Source: Planctomycetota bacterium (lineage in GTDB: Bacteria > Planctomycetota > UBA1135 > UBA2386). From it: a DNA stretch of 64,000 nt. The notes under the pieces were generated by a model that did not search any database, was not told the origin of the DNA, and saw only the letters and a list, made by a program, of their open reading frames with translations. Below are positions 1-9,809 of the stretch, piece after piece (within the stretch, counting starts at the first letter, position 1; every line of letters begins with the position of its first letter). A program made the translations under genes and the position numbers. The stretch is from the NCBI GenBank assembly GCA_965228735.1, contig OZ245838.1, positions 544,001-608,000 on the forward strand, read 5' to 3'.

Positions 1-1
1 G

Positions 2-1930
2 CAGCACCTGCGTGAGAGCCGTGGGGAGTACTCGGCGCGGTGCCCTGCGCATCCCGACCGCAATCCGAGTCTGACCATTCGCGAGGGCGACGATGGCCGT
101 GCGCTGTTGTGCTGCCATTCGGGATGCTCCGTGGAGGACGTCGTTGCCGCCCTCGATCTGACGATGGCTGACCTTGCGCCGCCGAGTAGCAACGGCGTCG
201 CGCCCATCAGCAAGCCGCGCCCGGTGCCGCAGCGGCCGACGAGGACGTTCGCGAGCGTCGAAGACATCGTCAAGGTCGCCACGAAGCGCGGCGAGACGCT
301 GGTCGCGGCGTTCGTGTATCGGGATGCCGACGGTGATGACGTCGGCGCTGTCCTGCGCTTCTCGACGAACGACGGCAAGAGGATCACACAGACGCGGTGC
401 GTGGACGGCCGCTGGTCGTTCGGTGGGCTACCGCGTCCTGCGCCGCTGTTCAGGCTTCCCGAGCTCCTCGAAGCCGAGGCCGACGAGCCCGTCGTGCTCC
501 TTGAGGGCGAGCAGAAGGCCGATCTCGCAGCCTCGCTCGGGTTCGTGGCGACCTCGTGCTCTGGCGGCGCGGGCAAGGGCAATCTGACGGCCCTGGAGCC
601 GCTTGCCGGCCGGGACGTCGTCCTGCTCGCCGACCACGACGACGCGGGCCGTGCTCACGTTGAGGATCTCGCGGAGCGACTGCGGCGGATCAAGGCGTGC
701 TCGGTCCTGCTGGCGACGTTGCCCGACCTCGGCCCGAAGGAGGACATCGTCGACTACGTCGAGCGACGGCGGGCGTCCGGTTGGGATGACGAGCGGATCC
801 GGCAGGAGATCGCAGGTGTGGTCGCGATGGCCGACGAGATGCCGGAGGAGAAAGAGCCGGACTCGGAGACCCCTGCGGCGACGGCCGACTCAGAGACTCC
901 TGCGGAGTCGGCGGAGTCGGTAGCGCAGGTGCGGACGTTGGCCGACATCGAGCCCCGAGAGATCCGGTGGCTGTGGCCGGGTCGCATCGCCCGCGGCCGG
1001 ATCACGCTGCTCGTCGGAGTCCCGGGCGCGGGGAAGTCGTTCATGATGGCGGACGTCGCGGCTCGATTGTCTGCTGGTCGCCAGTGGCCCGACGGAGGTG
1101 CATGCGAACGCGGCAACGTGCTCCTGATCTCGGCCGAGGACGATCCCGCTGACACGATCCGGCCGCGGTTGGATGCCAACGGTGCCGACGTGCGCCGCGT
1201 GCAGTTGCTGACGATGGTCAAGCGTGGCGCAGCGTCGAAGCGGCGGGAGATCCCGTTCACGCTCGAAGACGTCGACGCGCTGGAGGAGACCCTCGTGAGG
1301 TTCCCCGGTACCAAGCTGATCGTCATTGACCCGATCGGCTCGTTCCTCGGCGGTCAGACCGACGCGCATCGAGACAACGGCGTCAGAGCCGTCTTGGCGC
1401 CTGTCGCAGCCTTGGCTGAGAAGTATGACGTCGCTGTCCTCGTGGTCTGCCACAAGCGAAAGGGCGTCGCGGGCAACGCAGATGAGACCGCGATGGGCAG
1501 CGTCGGGTTCGTCGGGCTCGCACGTCAGGTCTGGCACCTGTCCGCCGACACGAAGAATGCGGACCGCAGGCTGTTGCTGCCGGGGAAGTCGAACCTCGCC
1601 AAGCGCGCGGAGGGGCTGGCGTTCACGATCGCCGGCAACCCCGCGGCCGTGCAGTGGGAGTCGCAGCCGGTCGCGATGACCGCGGACGAGGCGCTGGCCG
1701 AGGAGCGCTCAGCGCAGAGTCGCCGTGGCCCAGATCGGCAGGCTCGTGAGCAAGCGGCGTCGTGGTTGGAGCAGTACCTCGACGGCCGGTGGCGCAGCGT
1801 CGCCGAGGTGAAGAACGCAGCCGAGTCCGAGGGTCATAGCTTCCGGACTGTCGAACGCGCCAAGAAGGATCTCGGGGTTCGGTCTCGCCGTAGATTCGAT
1901 GGCGGACGTGAGTGGGGGATGTCCGAATGA
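2..1930 (+). CDS. Primase-helicase of a mobile element (Zn finger + Toprim + RecA-like AAA_25/RepA helicase); 5' end lies outside the window
   Basis: Frame is open from base 2 (QHLRESRGEYSARCPAHPDRNPSL...CHSGC, CHC2-like Zn finger). Toprim motifs LLEGEQKA and LADHDDAG, Walker A GVPGAGKS, Walker B LIVIDP. Confidence 0.85.
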   Translation, partial: QHLRESRGEYSARCPAHPDRNPSLTIREGDDGRALLCCHSGCSVEDVVAALDLTMADLAPPSSNGVAPISKPRPVPQRPTRTFASVEDIVKVATKRGETLVAAFVYRDADGDDVGAVLRFSTNDGKRITQTRCVDGRWSFGGLPRPAPLFRLPELLEAEADEPVVLLEGEQKADLAASLGFVATSCSGGAGKGNLTALEPLAGRDVVLLADHDDAGRAHVEDLAERLRRIKACSVLLATLPDLGPKEDIVDYVERRRASGWDDERIRQEIAGVVAMADEMPEEKEPDSETPAATADSETPAESAESVAQVRTLADIEPREIRWLWPGRIARGRITLLVGVPGAGKSFMMADVAARLSAGRQWPDGGACERGNVLLISAEDDPADTIRPRLDANGADVRRVQLLTMVKRGAASKRREIPFTLEDVDALEETLVRFPGTKLIVIDPIGSFLGGQTDAHRDNGVRAVLAPVAALAEKYDVAVLVVCHKRKGVAGNADETAMGSVGFVGLARQVWHLSADTKNADRRLLLPGKSNLAKRAEGLAFTIAGNPAAVQWESQPVAMTADEALAEERSAQSRRGPDRQAREQAASWLEQYLDGRWRSVAEVKNAAESEGHSFRTVERAKKDLGVRSRRRFDGGREWGMSE

Positions 1931-1934
1931 CCTA

Positions 1935-2237
1935 CCCGCCAAGTTACTCGCCAAGGCCAAACAACTTGGCGGGGTGGCGGATGGCCGATATCGGCCTCCA
2001 TTTGGCTATCCGCCACGTTATTGGCCAAAAACAACTTGGCGGGAAGCGATTGGAGCCCCCTGGCAGGCTCTATTTGCCTATCCGCCACGTTTCAGGGTCA
2101 AAACAACTTGGCGGGAAGGGAATAGACCTCGGTATCGGGCTCTATTCGGCAATCCGCCACTCCGCCAAGTTAATTGAGTTGGGAGAAACGTGGCGGGTGA
2201 CCCCCGGCACACGGGTTTTCCACAGCGGCTTTCCACA
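1935..2237. repeat. Iteron-like repeat array with DnaA-box matches; putative replication origin
   Basis: AAACAACTTGGCGGG at 1959, 2029, 2101; ATCCGCCAC at about 2008, 2080, 2152; inverted CCGCCAAGTT at 1936 and 2162; TTTTCCACA 2216-2224 and CTTTCCACA 2229-2237; directly after the primase stop. Confidence 0.7.
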
Positions 2238-2328
2238 TTCGCACGCGGCGTCGGCTTCGGTCCATCGCCTCGCTGCGGCCATGGTTTCGGTTACGTCGAA
2301 GCGTAACTATGTCACGAACGGAGGATGA

Positions 2329-3510
2329 TTGATGCTACTTGACCCCCTGTTGGGCACGGCCGCGCTGGGGTTCGGCGCGTCCGAGCTCTACAACGAGCTA
2401 GAAGGCGGCGGCGGTGACTACTGGTTCCCTGAGCTCGAAGATACGGGCTCGCCGTATGAGGAAGGCGCACCTGGATGGGACGCCGACGGCATGCCGATTG
2501 GTCGGATGCCCCGTGGCGAGAACGCCTTGCTCTGGCAGTACGAGGCCAACCGCCGCGCGCGCACCCGCCGACAGGCGCTCTGGAACGACGCCACCGGTGC
2601 GCTCGACCAAGGCGCCAACCTGCTTCAGAGCTACCGTCCTGGTGGCTCCGCTGCGCTCGCCAGTGGCATCCATCGCCAGAAGGCGCAGATGTTCGGCACG
2701 CAGGCGCTGAACTACAGCGCACCTGACCTGCTGATCGGTTACCGCGAGGAGCAGCGCCAGATCGCGTTGAAGAAGAACGAGGACGCACTGCGCGACGCGA
2801 CGATGCTCGCTGCGTTCAAGCCGCTGTCCGGTGGGCTGTCGGCCTTGCCGCAGCAAGACCAAGGTAGTCCGGCTGCCGGCGCCGTCGACACCGCGGGAGG
2901 CGGCCCCGCGCCGGGCGGCGGCGGTGGTCCTGGATCAGTCCCGGGTGGTGGGGCTGGTGCAGGCGCATCGGCGCAGTTGGGGCCAGCGGCGAGTCAGCCC
3001 GCTGCGCTTGGTGGTGGCGCTGCCACCGCTGGGCAGGCTGCTGGCGGTACAGCGGCACCCGCCGCGATCGGCGGCGGTAGTGCTCTCGGCGCAGGTGGTG
3101 CGGTAGGTGCCGCGCTCGGTGCTGTCACGGGCGGCGTCGGTGCAGCCGCGGGTGCGGCAGGAGGCGCCGCAGCTGGCGGAGCAGCCGGCGGAGCGGCCGC
3201 GGGAACGGCGGCGGGCGCCGCGGCTGGCACTGCCGCTGGTGGTGCTGCCGTTGGCGGTGCCGCGGCCGGTGGCGTCGGCACGGGGGCGGGCATCGGTGCT
3301 GGCAGTGCGCAAGCTGCTGCGGCTCAGGTTGGCTCGCAGTCCGCGGTGCGGTCGTTCGCCCAGGACGCTGCGCGCAACGCGAGCGTGAAGATCATGGAGC
3401 GGTCCGCGATGCAGCGTCTCGAAGAGGCTGCGTGGCTTGAGAACGCCGACCGTCTCGAAGCACTACGACGTGAACAAGGCGGCCGAGTGATGCTGCCGAG
3501 GGGGCGATAA
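2329..3510 (+). CDS. Hypothetical protein with a long Gly/Ala-rich low-complexity tract
   Basis: 393-aa ORF with GGAGG RBS just upstream; G/A-rich tract in the C-terminal half. Confidence 0.7.
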   Translation: MMLLDPLLGTAALGFGASELYNELEGGGGDYWFPELEDTGSPYEEGAPGWDADGMPIGRMPRGENALLWQYEANRRARTRRQALWNDATGALDQGANLLQSYRPGGSAALASGIHRQKAQMFGTQALNYSAPDLLIGYREEQRQIALKKNEDALRDATMLAAFKPLSGGLSALPQQDQGSPAAGAVDTAGGGPAPGGGGGPGSVPGGGAGAGASAQLGPAASQPAALGGGAATAGQAAGGTAAPAAIGGGSALGAGGAVGAALGAVTGGVGAAAGAAGGAAAGGAAGGAAAGTAAGAAAGTAAGGAAVGGAAAGGVGTGAGIGAGSAQAAAAQVGSQSAVRSFAQDAARNASVKIMERSAMQRLEEAAWLENADRLEALRREQGGRVMLPRGR

Positions 3511-3513
3511 GCC

Positions 3514-4503
3514 ATGCAAGACGACATCGCATTGAGATCTCAGCAGTACGCCTTGCAGGCGGACTCCACTCGCATTCCCTACGACATGGCCAAGGCACGC
3601 GCGGCAAGCGAAGCCGGCGGCGCCGTCGGCATGGGCATTGGCCGGACGTTCGATCGCATGCAACGCCAGAGCATGTTCGATGCTCGGCGTGCGATGGGCG
3701 AACAGTCACTGGCTCTGGATCGAGCCCGCGTCGTCTCCGAACTGGAGAGCGATCGGCTGCGGCAACAGCAGGCGCAGGAGAACCTCCAATGGGCCCGAGC
3801 GCTGCACTCGACCGACATGGTCCGCTACCAGAAGGACATGGTGAAGGCCGACAGAGACCTTCACGTCGCCCGTGCGCAGAAGGAGATGATGGAGCTCCAC
3901 AGCACGGACGCGGACCTCGGCGACGTCAACTCGTACGAGGAGATGATGGCGATCCGTGCGCAGGGCCTCACGGCCAAGATGGTCGGAGGCCGGCTGCGAA
4001 TCGAGCCGCTTGGCGACCCGAAAGCGCAGGCTGAGGCGAAGCAGGCGTTGGGGTTGTTGCGCAGCCGGATGGCAGGTCGCAGTGGCGATCTCGGGCAGCA
4101 ACTGCGCTACGTGAACCAGTCGATCCTCGACATGGTCGACGCTGGCCAGGACTCCGTGCCGACGGGCGAGAAGGACGAGAAGGGACTCGATATCCACGAG
4201 CCGAGTCCGACGTTCCAACGGCTCCAGAAGCTGCGTGACGCCCTCACGGAGCGCTACACGCAGGGGCTTCAGGGTGGCAAGCCTGGGCCGTCGACCGCTG
4301 GTAGCGACAACCAGGGAGTCGACAGAGATGGCGATGCGCCGAACCCGGCGGCTGACGACAACCAAGTTGATCTCGGCAAGGCTGGCGGTGTCCGCAACTT
4401 CGATCAGGCTTGGAAGGACGCCGTTCCCGATGCCGAGAAGCTCGCATCCGAGTTGATCAGCGAGGACGTCATGTCTGCCGCGGGCGCGGGGTACGGCAAG
4501 TGA
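3514..4503 (+). CDS. Hypothetical Gln/Ala/Met-rich helical protein
   Basis: 329-aa ORF starting 3 nt after the previous stop. Confidence 0.7.
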   Translation: MQDDIALRSQQYALQADSTRIPYDMAKARAASEAGGAVGMGIGRTFDRMQRQSMFDARRAMGEQSLALDRARVVSELESDRLRQQQAQENLQWARALHSTDMVRYQKDMVKADRDLHVARAQKEMMELHSTDADLGDVNSYEEMMAIRAQGLTAKMVGGRLRIEPLGDPKAQAEAKQALGLLRSRMAGRSGDLGQQLRYVNQSILDMVDAGQDSVPTGEKDEKGLDIHEPSPTFQRLQKLRDALTERYTQGLQGGKPGPSTAGSDNQGVDRDGDAPNPAADDNQVDLGKAGGVRNFDQAWKDAVPDAEKLASELISEDVMSAAGAGYGK

Positions 4504-4727
4504 CCGAACTCACCCCACCCGGTGAACGAACCCGAGCCCTCGTGTTGGAGATCGAGGGATTCCTCGAAGAGTGGGCAAGAGAGCCCGCGGACCGTGTTCA
4601 TCTCGGCCGTGGGCATGACGCAGCGACTGCGATCGTCTTCGCCTGCACGAAGCACCCGAGGCTCGGCCCCATGCTGCACGACTACATCGCGGACGGTGTC
4701 GTCCCGGCCGGGGGCAAAGAGGCGTGA
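4500..4727 (+). CDS. Small hypothetical protein
   Basis: GTGA overlap with the upstream stop and GTGA overlap with the downstream start. Confidence 0.55.
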   Translation: MTELTPPGERTRALVLEIEGFLEEWAREPADRVHLGRGHDAATAIVFACTKHPRLGPMLHDYIADGVVPAGGKEA

Positions 4728-5092
4728 TGGAGGAGCCAACGTACATCTGGTGTCCGACCACGTTCGCGCAGCTGCGTCTCGGCCTTGAGGTTCGACTACG
4801 TCCCTCGATGGGGGCGGACGTGTCGTTGAAGGGTGAGCCAGCGAAGCGACTGCGTGCTCTAACCGAGGCGTTCGAGCACTTCATGCAGTTGCCGGTCATC
4901 ACCCCGGACGGTCGCGAGCACCACGACATCGTGTCGGCCGATGACGCCTACCTGTGGACCCTCGAACTGATCGGTGAGTTCGTCTCTACCGGTCGTCGCA
5001 GTCTGCCGTTCCTGCGCCGCTACCTGTTCGACGACGGCGTCGGTCTCGCCGAAGCGTTTGAGAAGATCGACGGTCCGTGGCATAGCTGGTAG
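4724..5092 (+). CDS. Hypothetical protein
   Basis: 122-aa ORF translationally coupled to the previous gene. Confidence 0.6.
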   Translation: MMEEPTYIWCPTTFAQLRLGLEVRLRPSMGADVSLKGEPAKRLRALTEAFEHFMQLPVITPDGREHHDIVSADDAYLWTLELIGEFVSTGRRSLPFLRRYLFDDGVGLAEAFEKIDGPWHSW

Positions 5093-5242
5093 TGCGCACG
5101 GAGGGCATTGGTCCATCGGTAGAGCCTCCGTGAAGCGGATTGGCTTGCTCGTCGCCGCTTGATCACCCACGATCGGACGCATCGCAAGGGCCAGTGCCGT
5201 CGGAGAGCATGCCCCGCCCTCGCGACCCAATCGTACCCTCTT

Positions 5243-5884
5243 ATGCGACGCGCCACTCTCCTCGCCGGTCTTCTAGTCTTTCACGGTTGCGTTGCCGCGA
5301 ACGCGGTCCAGGGATGGGTCAACTCGTCCCGCATTGGTTCGCTCCAGCGCCGGATGGCGATCAATGTCTGGCGATCTGAGGAGGAGGTCGCGAAGGCGAC
5401 GGTGACGATCACGAGCAACGCGAAGGCGACTGCGGCGATAACTAGGAACAGGAGCTCTCGGCCCCTACGACTTGGATTCGCCGCCCCTGCGTGGAGTAAC
5501 GGCGGAATCGCAGTTCGGCTAGCGTGGATGTCGGAGCGGGCAGGCAACAGGATCGTGGACACCGGAGGTAAGCCCCTGCCCGAGGACGAGACGTTGCCTG
5601 AGCTTCAGGTCGGAGCGTATTCGGAGACGGGGCTCCAGCTTTCGGTGTCGTTCGATGGACAGACTCTGCCGCTGCTCGCCGACGAACTCCAGCGCGACGA
5701 TGGCTGGAGCAGGGCCCCGTTGACGTTCGCGCAAATGGAAGCCATGCGCAGCGGCCCGGTGCTCGTCGAGGTCGCCTGCGAGGTTGGTGAATGGAAGTTC
5801 CGCCTGCCGCCGTCGTACATGCGGGGATTTGAGGCTGCGCTTGCGCGGAATCGGCTGGAACTACCGGGAAGTGCCAGTCGGTAG
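5243..5884 (+). CDS. Putative exported protein or lipoprotein
   Basis: N-terminus MRRATLLAGLLVFHGC resembles a signal peptide with a lipobox. Confidence 0.6.
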   Translation: MRRATLLAGLLVFHGCVAANAVQGWVNSSRIGSLQRRMAINVWRSEEEVAKATVTITSNAKATAAITRNRSSRPLRLGFAAPAWSNGGIAVRLAWMSERAGNRIVDTGGKPLPEDETLPELQVGAYSETGLQLSVSFDGQTLPLLADELQRDDGWSRAPLTFAQMEAMRSGPVLVEVACEVGEWKFRLPPSYMRGFEAALARNRLELPGSASR

Positions 5885-6004
5885 TCCCGGATGGAGCCGG
5901 ACTCCGTTCGGCTCCCCCGGGGGTTGGAGTGACGGGCTTGTGTAGCGACGCGGGATCGCTCACGATCGGAACTCGACGCCACTCTGGCGCTGAAGGAGCC
6001 GCCC

Positions 6005-7183
6005 ATGCAGAAGACTCTCGTCCCGTTCCTGTTGTGCCTATCGGTGTCCCCCGCGGTCGGGGCGCAGGCAGGGCAGCTCATCGGTGCGCGAATCGATGCG
6101 ACTACCGCGATCCGCGGTGCGCTGGGATTCGGCGGCGCCGATGACTTCGCAGGCGTGTGTCGCGATAACGCCGGCAACTACTGGACGTCGTGCCGCAGCA
6201 ACGGCCAGAGGTTTCTGATCCGGCTCGACCCAACGGGCGCCTTCAGTGGGTTCATCACGACAGCGATCGGCATGAACGACCTTGTTCGCGATTTCGCCTT
6301 CGACTCCGCGAACGGGCATCTTTGGGTCGCCTATCGCTTCTCCGGTTCGAATGCGTCCACCGCTCGCGTCTACGATGTAGGCACCGGGGCATTACTCGGC
6401 GATGTCAACCAGTCGTTTCCGGGTGGGGCTGGAGGGATTGCCTGGGACGGCGCGAACCTCATCCGCGTAGCGGGTACGGCGCAGTCCTATTCAACAGCAA
6501 CGCGACAAGGCACCACCGCAGCGAGCGGAATCCCGTACGCCTATCGCGGGCTCCTCTACGATCCGACCGCCGACAAGTACTGGGGCGGCCAGAACAGCGC
6601 CGCAGACCCGATGAGCGTGACTGCGGAGAAGCTTGAGGAGTTGCCAGCGGCGGTGACCTTGCCCCCTCACCTCGAAGGGATCTCCATCGGGAGTCGCGCT
6701 GGCGGACGCTTCGCCGGCTGCGAGCAATGGTTCGACCCGGCCTTGAGCGAATGGGTTGGAGTGTTCGCACAGCGCGGCGACAACGATGCGTTCATGCTCT
6801 ACACGGCGCACCTTAGTCGCCCGACAGGTCCCGGTTGTGGCGGCCCCATGTTCACGAATGGCCCGGCGATCGTGCAGACGCAGGTCTACAGCAGCGCGTC
6901 GAACGCACAGAGCCTCGCGTGGCTGCTCATCTCACTGGCGCCAGGAGCCGTGACCGATCCCTTACTAGCGCCGGGCTGCGTTGCGCACCTCGATCCGCTC
7001 GCGGTCATCGCGCTCGGGCCGCTGTTTCCAAGCGCTAGCGGCAATGTCGACGCGGCGACGACCATTCCGGTCAGTGCCTCGTTCCAAGAGCTGCCGCTCT
7101 GGTTCCAGTGGGGGACCATCGCGTCGATCGCGAATACTGCGACGCTCGGCGAGGCTCGCTGCACCGTCATCAAGCAGTTCTAG
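6005..7183 (+). CDS. Secreted protein, beta-propeller-like N-terminal region plus C-terminal beta-sandwich-like domain
   Basis: AAGGAG RBS; signal peptide MQKTLVPFLLCLSVSPAVGAQ; repeats such as DFAFDSANGHLWVA, GIAWDG, GLLYDPTADKYWG; C-terminal LWFQWG motif. Confidence 0.75.
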   Translation: MQKTLVPFLLCLSVSPAVGAQAGQLIGARIDATTAIRGALGFGGADDFAGVCRDNAGNYWTSCRSNGQRFLIRLDPTGAFSGFITTAIGMNDLVRDFAFDSANGHLWVAYRFSGSNASTARVYDVGTGALLGDVNQSFPGGAGGIAWDGANLIRVAGTAQSYSTATRQGTTAASGIPYAYRGLLYDPTADKYWGGQNSAADPMSVTAEKLEELPAAVTLPPHLEGISIGSRAGGRFAGCEQWFDPALSEWVGVFAQRGDNDAFMLYTAHLSRPTGPGCGGPMFTNGPAIVQTQVYSSASNAQSLAWLLISLAPGAVTDPLLAPGCVAHLDPLAVIALGPLFPSASGNVDAATTIPVSASFQELPLWFQWGTIASIANTATLGEARCTVIKQF

Positions 7184-7197
7184 GGGCATATTGACCG

Positions 7198-7806
7198 ATG
7201 GTCGATGATCGCCAGAAGGGCCGCGAAGCGGTCCACGAGTTCCGTCGGCACCATGAGGGAGTGAACCGGAGCCTCAAGCTGCTGAGTGCGGCCGCGCTGC
7301 ACTTTCAGGACACCTGTACCGAGGACTCTCGATCGTTGATATCGTCCTTGATCTCCCGATCTTCGTCGAACTGGGGGGAAGCGAATCTGAGTGTGGGAGC
7401 CGTCCCCGATGCTCTCCGTTTCGCGGCCACGAGTGGGCTAGTCGCGGTGCTGTCTGCGTTCGAAGACCTTGGAGATAAGCTTGAGCAAGCGAACCTGATC
7501 GTTGTCCCGAGCAAAGAAGAGGCGGACGGCACGAAAGCCGGTCGAGTGGCTTTTGCGATTTCCCAGGCTGCGGGTCACGGTGCCGCAGAATCCGTGCTGA
7601 TCAACTACTTCGGTCGAGTGCGTAACCGAATTGCGCACCCTGGAACCAGCCTGACCCCGGGGCCTGCCGAGCGACTCGCTCACAAGAAGCTATCGAGCAC
7701 CAAGACGCGGCCGAGCTTGCCGGTCATGCCCGGCGGGATGGCCTGCGACCAGACGTTGCTGGCAAGTTCGCTTTGCCTGTGCATCGCTGTTCGACTCGTG
7801 GAGTGA
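7198..7806 (+). CDS. Hypothetical protein with a HEPN-like RxxxxH motif
   Basis: Helical 202-aa ORF containing SAFED and RNRIAH. Confidence 0.5.
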   Translation: MVDDRQKGREAVHEFRRHHEGVNRSLKLLSAAALHFQDTCTEDSRSLISSLISRSSSNWGEANLSVGAVPDALRFAATSGLVAVLSAFEDLGDKLEQANLIVVPSKEEADGTKAGRVAFAISQAAGHGAAESVLINYFGRVRNRIAHPGTSLTPGPAERLAHKKLSSTKTRPSLPVMPGGMACDQTLLASSLCLCIAVRLVE

Positions 7807-7898
7807 AGGTCGGAAAGGAAGAGGAGGGGGATCCGGAGTTATGTCCAAGGAGTCCCACCAATCCGTTCGGCTCCCCCCGGGGTTGGGGGTGGGTGGGG

Positions 7899-8435
7899 TC
7901 ACTCGTTCAGCAGTTGCAGAACAACGTCCGTCGCGTCGCCTGCTCCACCCGCTTCGGTCTCGTCCATGGGGGCGTGTAGCGCGAACGTCGCCGTTGCGTC
8001 GATCAGCGCCTCGCCAACGGGTCGACCTGATCGAGACCGTAGAGTCTCGTCGAGCCACGCCTTCGCTCGTGCCAACGCATGCGGCCTAAGCGACTGAGAC
8101 TGCCGAAGGTCTCGGAAGGCGACGAGCAGCGCGCCCTTGTAGCGCAGGGATGATTCAGTGAGCTGGTCGCGTCCGGCGGCTATCCAGTCGGCCAGCCTAG
8201 CGGCGCACACGTCGATCTCGTCGTTGGTCATCGCGTGCGCGAGTCCGAGGAACCGGCGAACCTCGGCCTGGTGCGCTTGTCTCGCGCGTACTTGCTGTTC
8301 CAACGTCGGCGGTGCTGCCGCTGCGGGTGGTTGCCGTTTCGTGCCGCAGACCTTGCAGGACAGACTCTCGTCGATCCACAGCTTGGTGAACGGCTGGCGC
8401 TTCTTGCATCTCTCGCAGTGGAAGATCTCGTCCAT
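7899..8435 (-). CDS. Hypothetical protein with N-terminal Zn ribbon
   Basis: MDEIFHCERC...CKVC (two CxxC). Confidence 0.55.
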   Translation of the reverse strand: MDEIFHCERCKKRQPFTKLWIDESLSCKVCGTKRQPPAAAAPPTLEQQVRARQAHQAEVRRFLGLAHAMTNDEIDVCAARLADWIAAGRDQLTESSLRYKGALLVAFRDLRQSQSLRPHALARAKAWLDETLRSRSGRPVGEALIDATATFALHAPMDETEAGGAGDATDVVLQLLNE

Positions 8436-8715
8436 GTCCCGGCGAGAGCCTAGGCCGGACAGCGCTGCGGTCATGGCCCGAGGTCGCGAAGTCGCAAGAT
8501 TCTCGAACGCGCGTAGCGAATTCTGATCACGCGACTTGCGACGATCACGGAAGGTGAATCCAAAGAATCTCCTTCATTCCGCGAAACCTTCGGCCGATCT
8601 CGCACGTAGTTAGACCACCGCGTGCGGCACGTCGTCGCACGAAGTGAAACAGCCCCTGCCAGCGTTGGCGCGCTGACAAGGGCCTAGACAACCCCTGATT
8701 GCTCCAGGAGATGCC

Positions 8716-9354
8716 ATGGCTCCCAAGCCTACCGGCGACCGTTCGCCGTTCTACGCTCGTACAGAGCGCTCTCAGCCGACCCGCGAAGAATGGCTCGGCC
8801 GTCTCGTCGACCTGTTGCGCGTCGACTTCACCGCAGCCGGTCATCCGTTGCCCGAACGTATCCGCGTGTCGTGCGGCTGGCCGTCGCGCTCGGCGATGTC
8901 CGGCAGCAACCGCAGGATCGGCGAAGCCTGGTCCGCGAGGGCATCCGGTGACGGTGCGCACGAAACGTTCATCACGCCGGCTCTCTGCGATCCGATCGAC
9001 GTCGGCGCCGTGCTCGTCCACGAACTCGTTCATCACGCCGTCGGTCTGGAGTGTGGGCACAAGGGCCCATTCCGCCGGCTGGCCCTCGCCCTCGGTCTCG
9101 AAGGCAAGATGACCGCGACGGTTGCCGGCGAGGAGCTGCGAGACCGTTTACACGCGCTCACGAATCACATCGGTCCGTACCCGCACGCGGCTCTCGAAGG
9201 GTCGACCAACAAGAAGCGGCAGACGACGCGCATGCTCAAGGTGACGTGCTCGGCGTGCGGTTGTCTCGTCCGGATGACTCGTCAGTGGCTCGACACCTGC
9301 GGCGTCCCAACGTGCGGCTGCGGTGGCGAGATGATCGAGGAGGGCAACCGATGA
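8716..9354 (+). CDS. SprT-like zinc metalloprotease with C-terminal Zn ribbon
   Basis: HELVH, downstream GHKGPF, CSACG...CGCG; AGGAG RBS. Confidence 0.8.
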   Translation: MAPKPTGDRSPFYARTERSQPTREEWLGRLVDLLRVDFTAAGHPLPERIRVSCGWPSRSAMSGSNRRIGEAWSARASGDGAHETFITPALCDPIDVGAVLVHELVHHAVGLECGHKGPFRRLALALGLEGKMTATVAGEELRDRLHALTNHIGPYPHAALEGSTNKKRQTTRMLKVTCSACGCLVRMTRQWLDTCGVPTCGCGGEMIEEGNR

Positions 9355-9809
9355 GCGCTCGCCACGTTCGCGTTGTCGCCGGCCCCGATGCCGTGCGGAA
9401 GGTTCGCAGCTCGGTCTCTCCGCGATCGCGGTGGCCGCATCACTCGTGCTCGACTGTCTCCATGGTCGGCCGGGTGTCCGTCGACGAGTCCGGGGCGCTT
9501 GCTCTCGCTCTCGGAGAGTGTGTGTTGGCCAACGGTGCAACGCTCGTGCTCTCCGACTTGCCCGAGTGGCGTCGGGAGACGGTCGAGGCTGTCGGCCATG
9601 CGTGGCGCGAACAGTCCGTGACCCTGCGGGGTGCATCGCAGCCGGTTCGCGTGCGGTCGTACTTCGATGTCGTCGCCACTCACGAATTCTGCCCGTGCGG
9701 GATGCGTGGTCGAGATGGCGCTACGTGCGCATGCACGCCGTCGATGATCCAACGATGGGAGACGCGTTGCAGCGACTTCCTGCGCATGCTCGAAGGGGGT
9801 GCCCGATGA
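9351..9809 (+). CDS. Degenerate ComM/YifB (Mg-chelatase-like) AAA+ core fragment, 152 aa
   Basis: PHHS, GECVLANG, LSDLPEW, CPCG..CACTP..IQRW follow YifB motif order; ATGA overlaps on both sides. Confidence 0.6.
   Translation: MSARHVRVVAGPDAVRKVRSSVSPRSRWPHHSCSTVSMVGRVSVDESGALALALGECVLANGATLVLSDLPEWRRETVEAVGHAWREQSVTLRGASQPVRVRSYFDVVATHEFCPCGMRGRDGATCACTPSMIQRWETRCSDFLRMLEGGAR

Noticed and set aside
1935..2200. CRISPR array
   Set aside because: Repeats are short, occur in both orientations, the spacers are related to one another, and no cas genes are present.
2980..3330. DNA tandem repeat or structural RNA
   Set aside because: Explained by Gly/Ala codons of the 2329-3510 ORF; no exact periodic unit.
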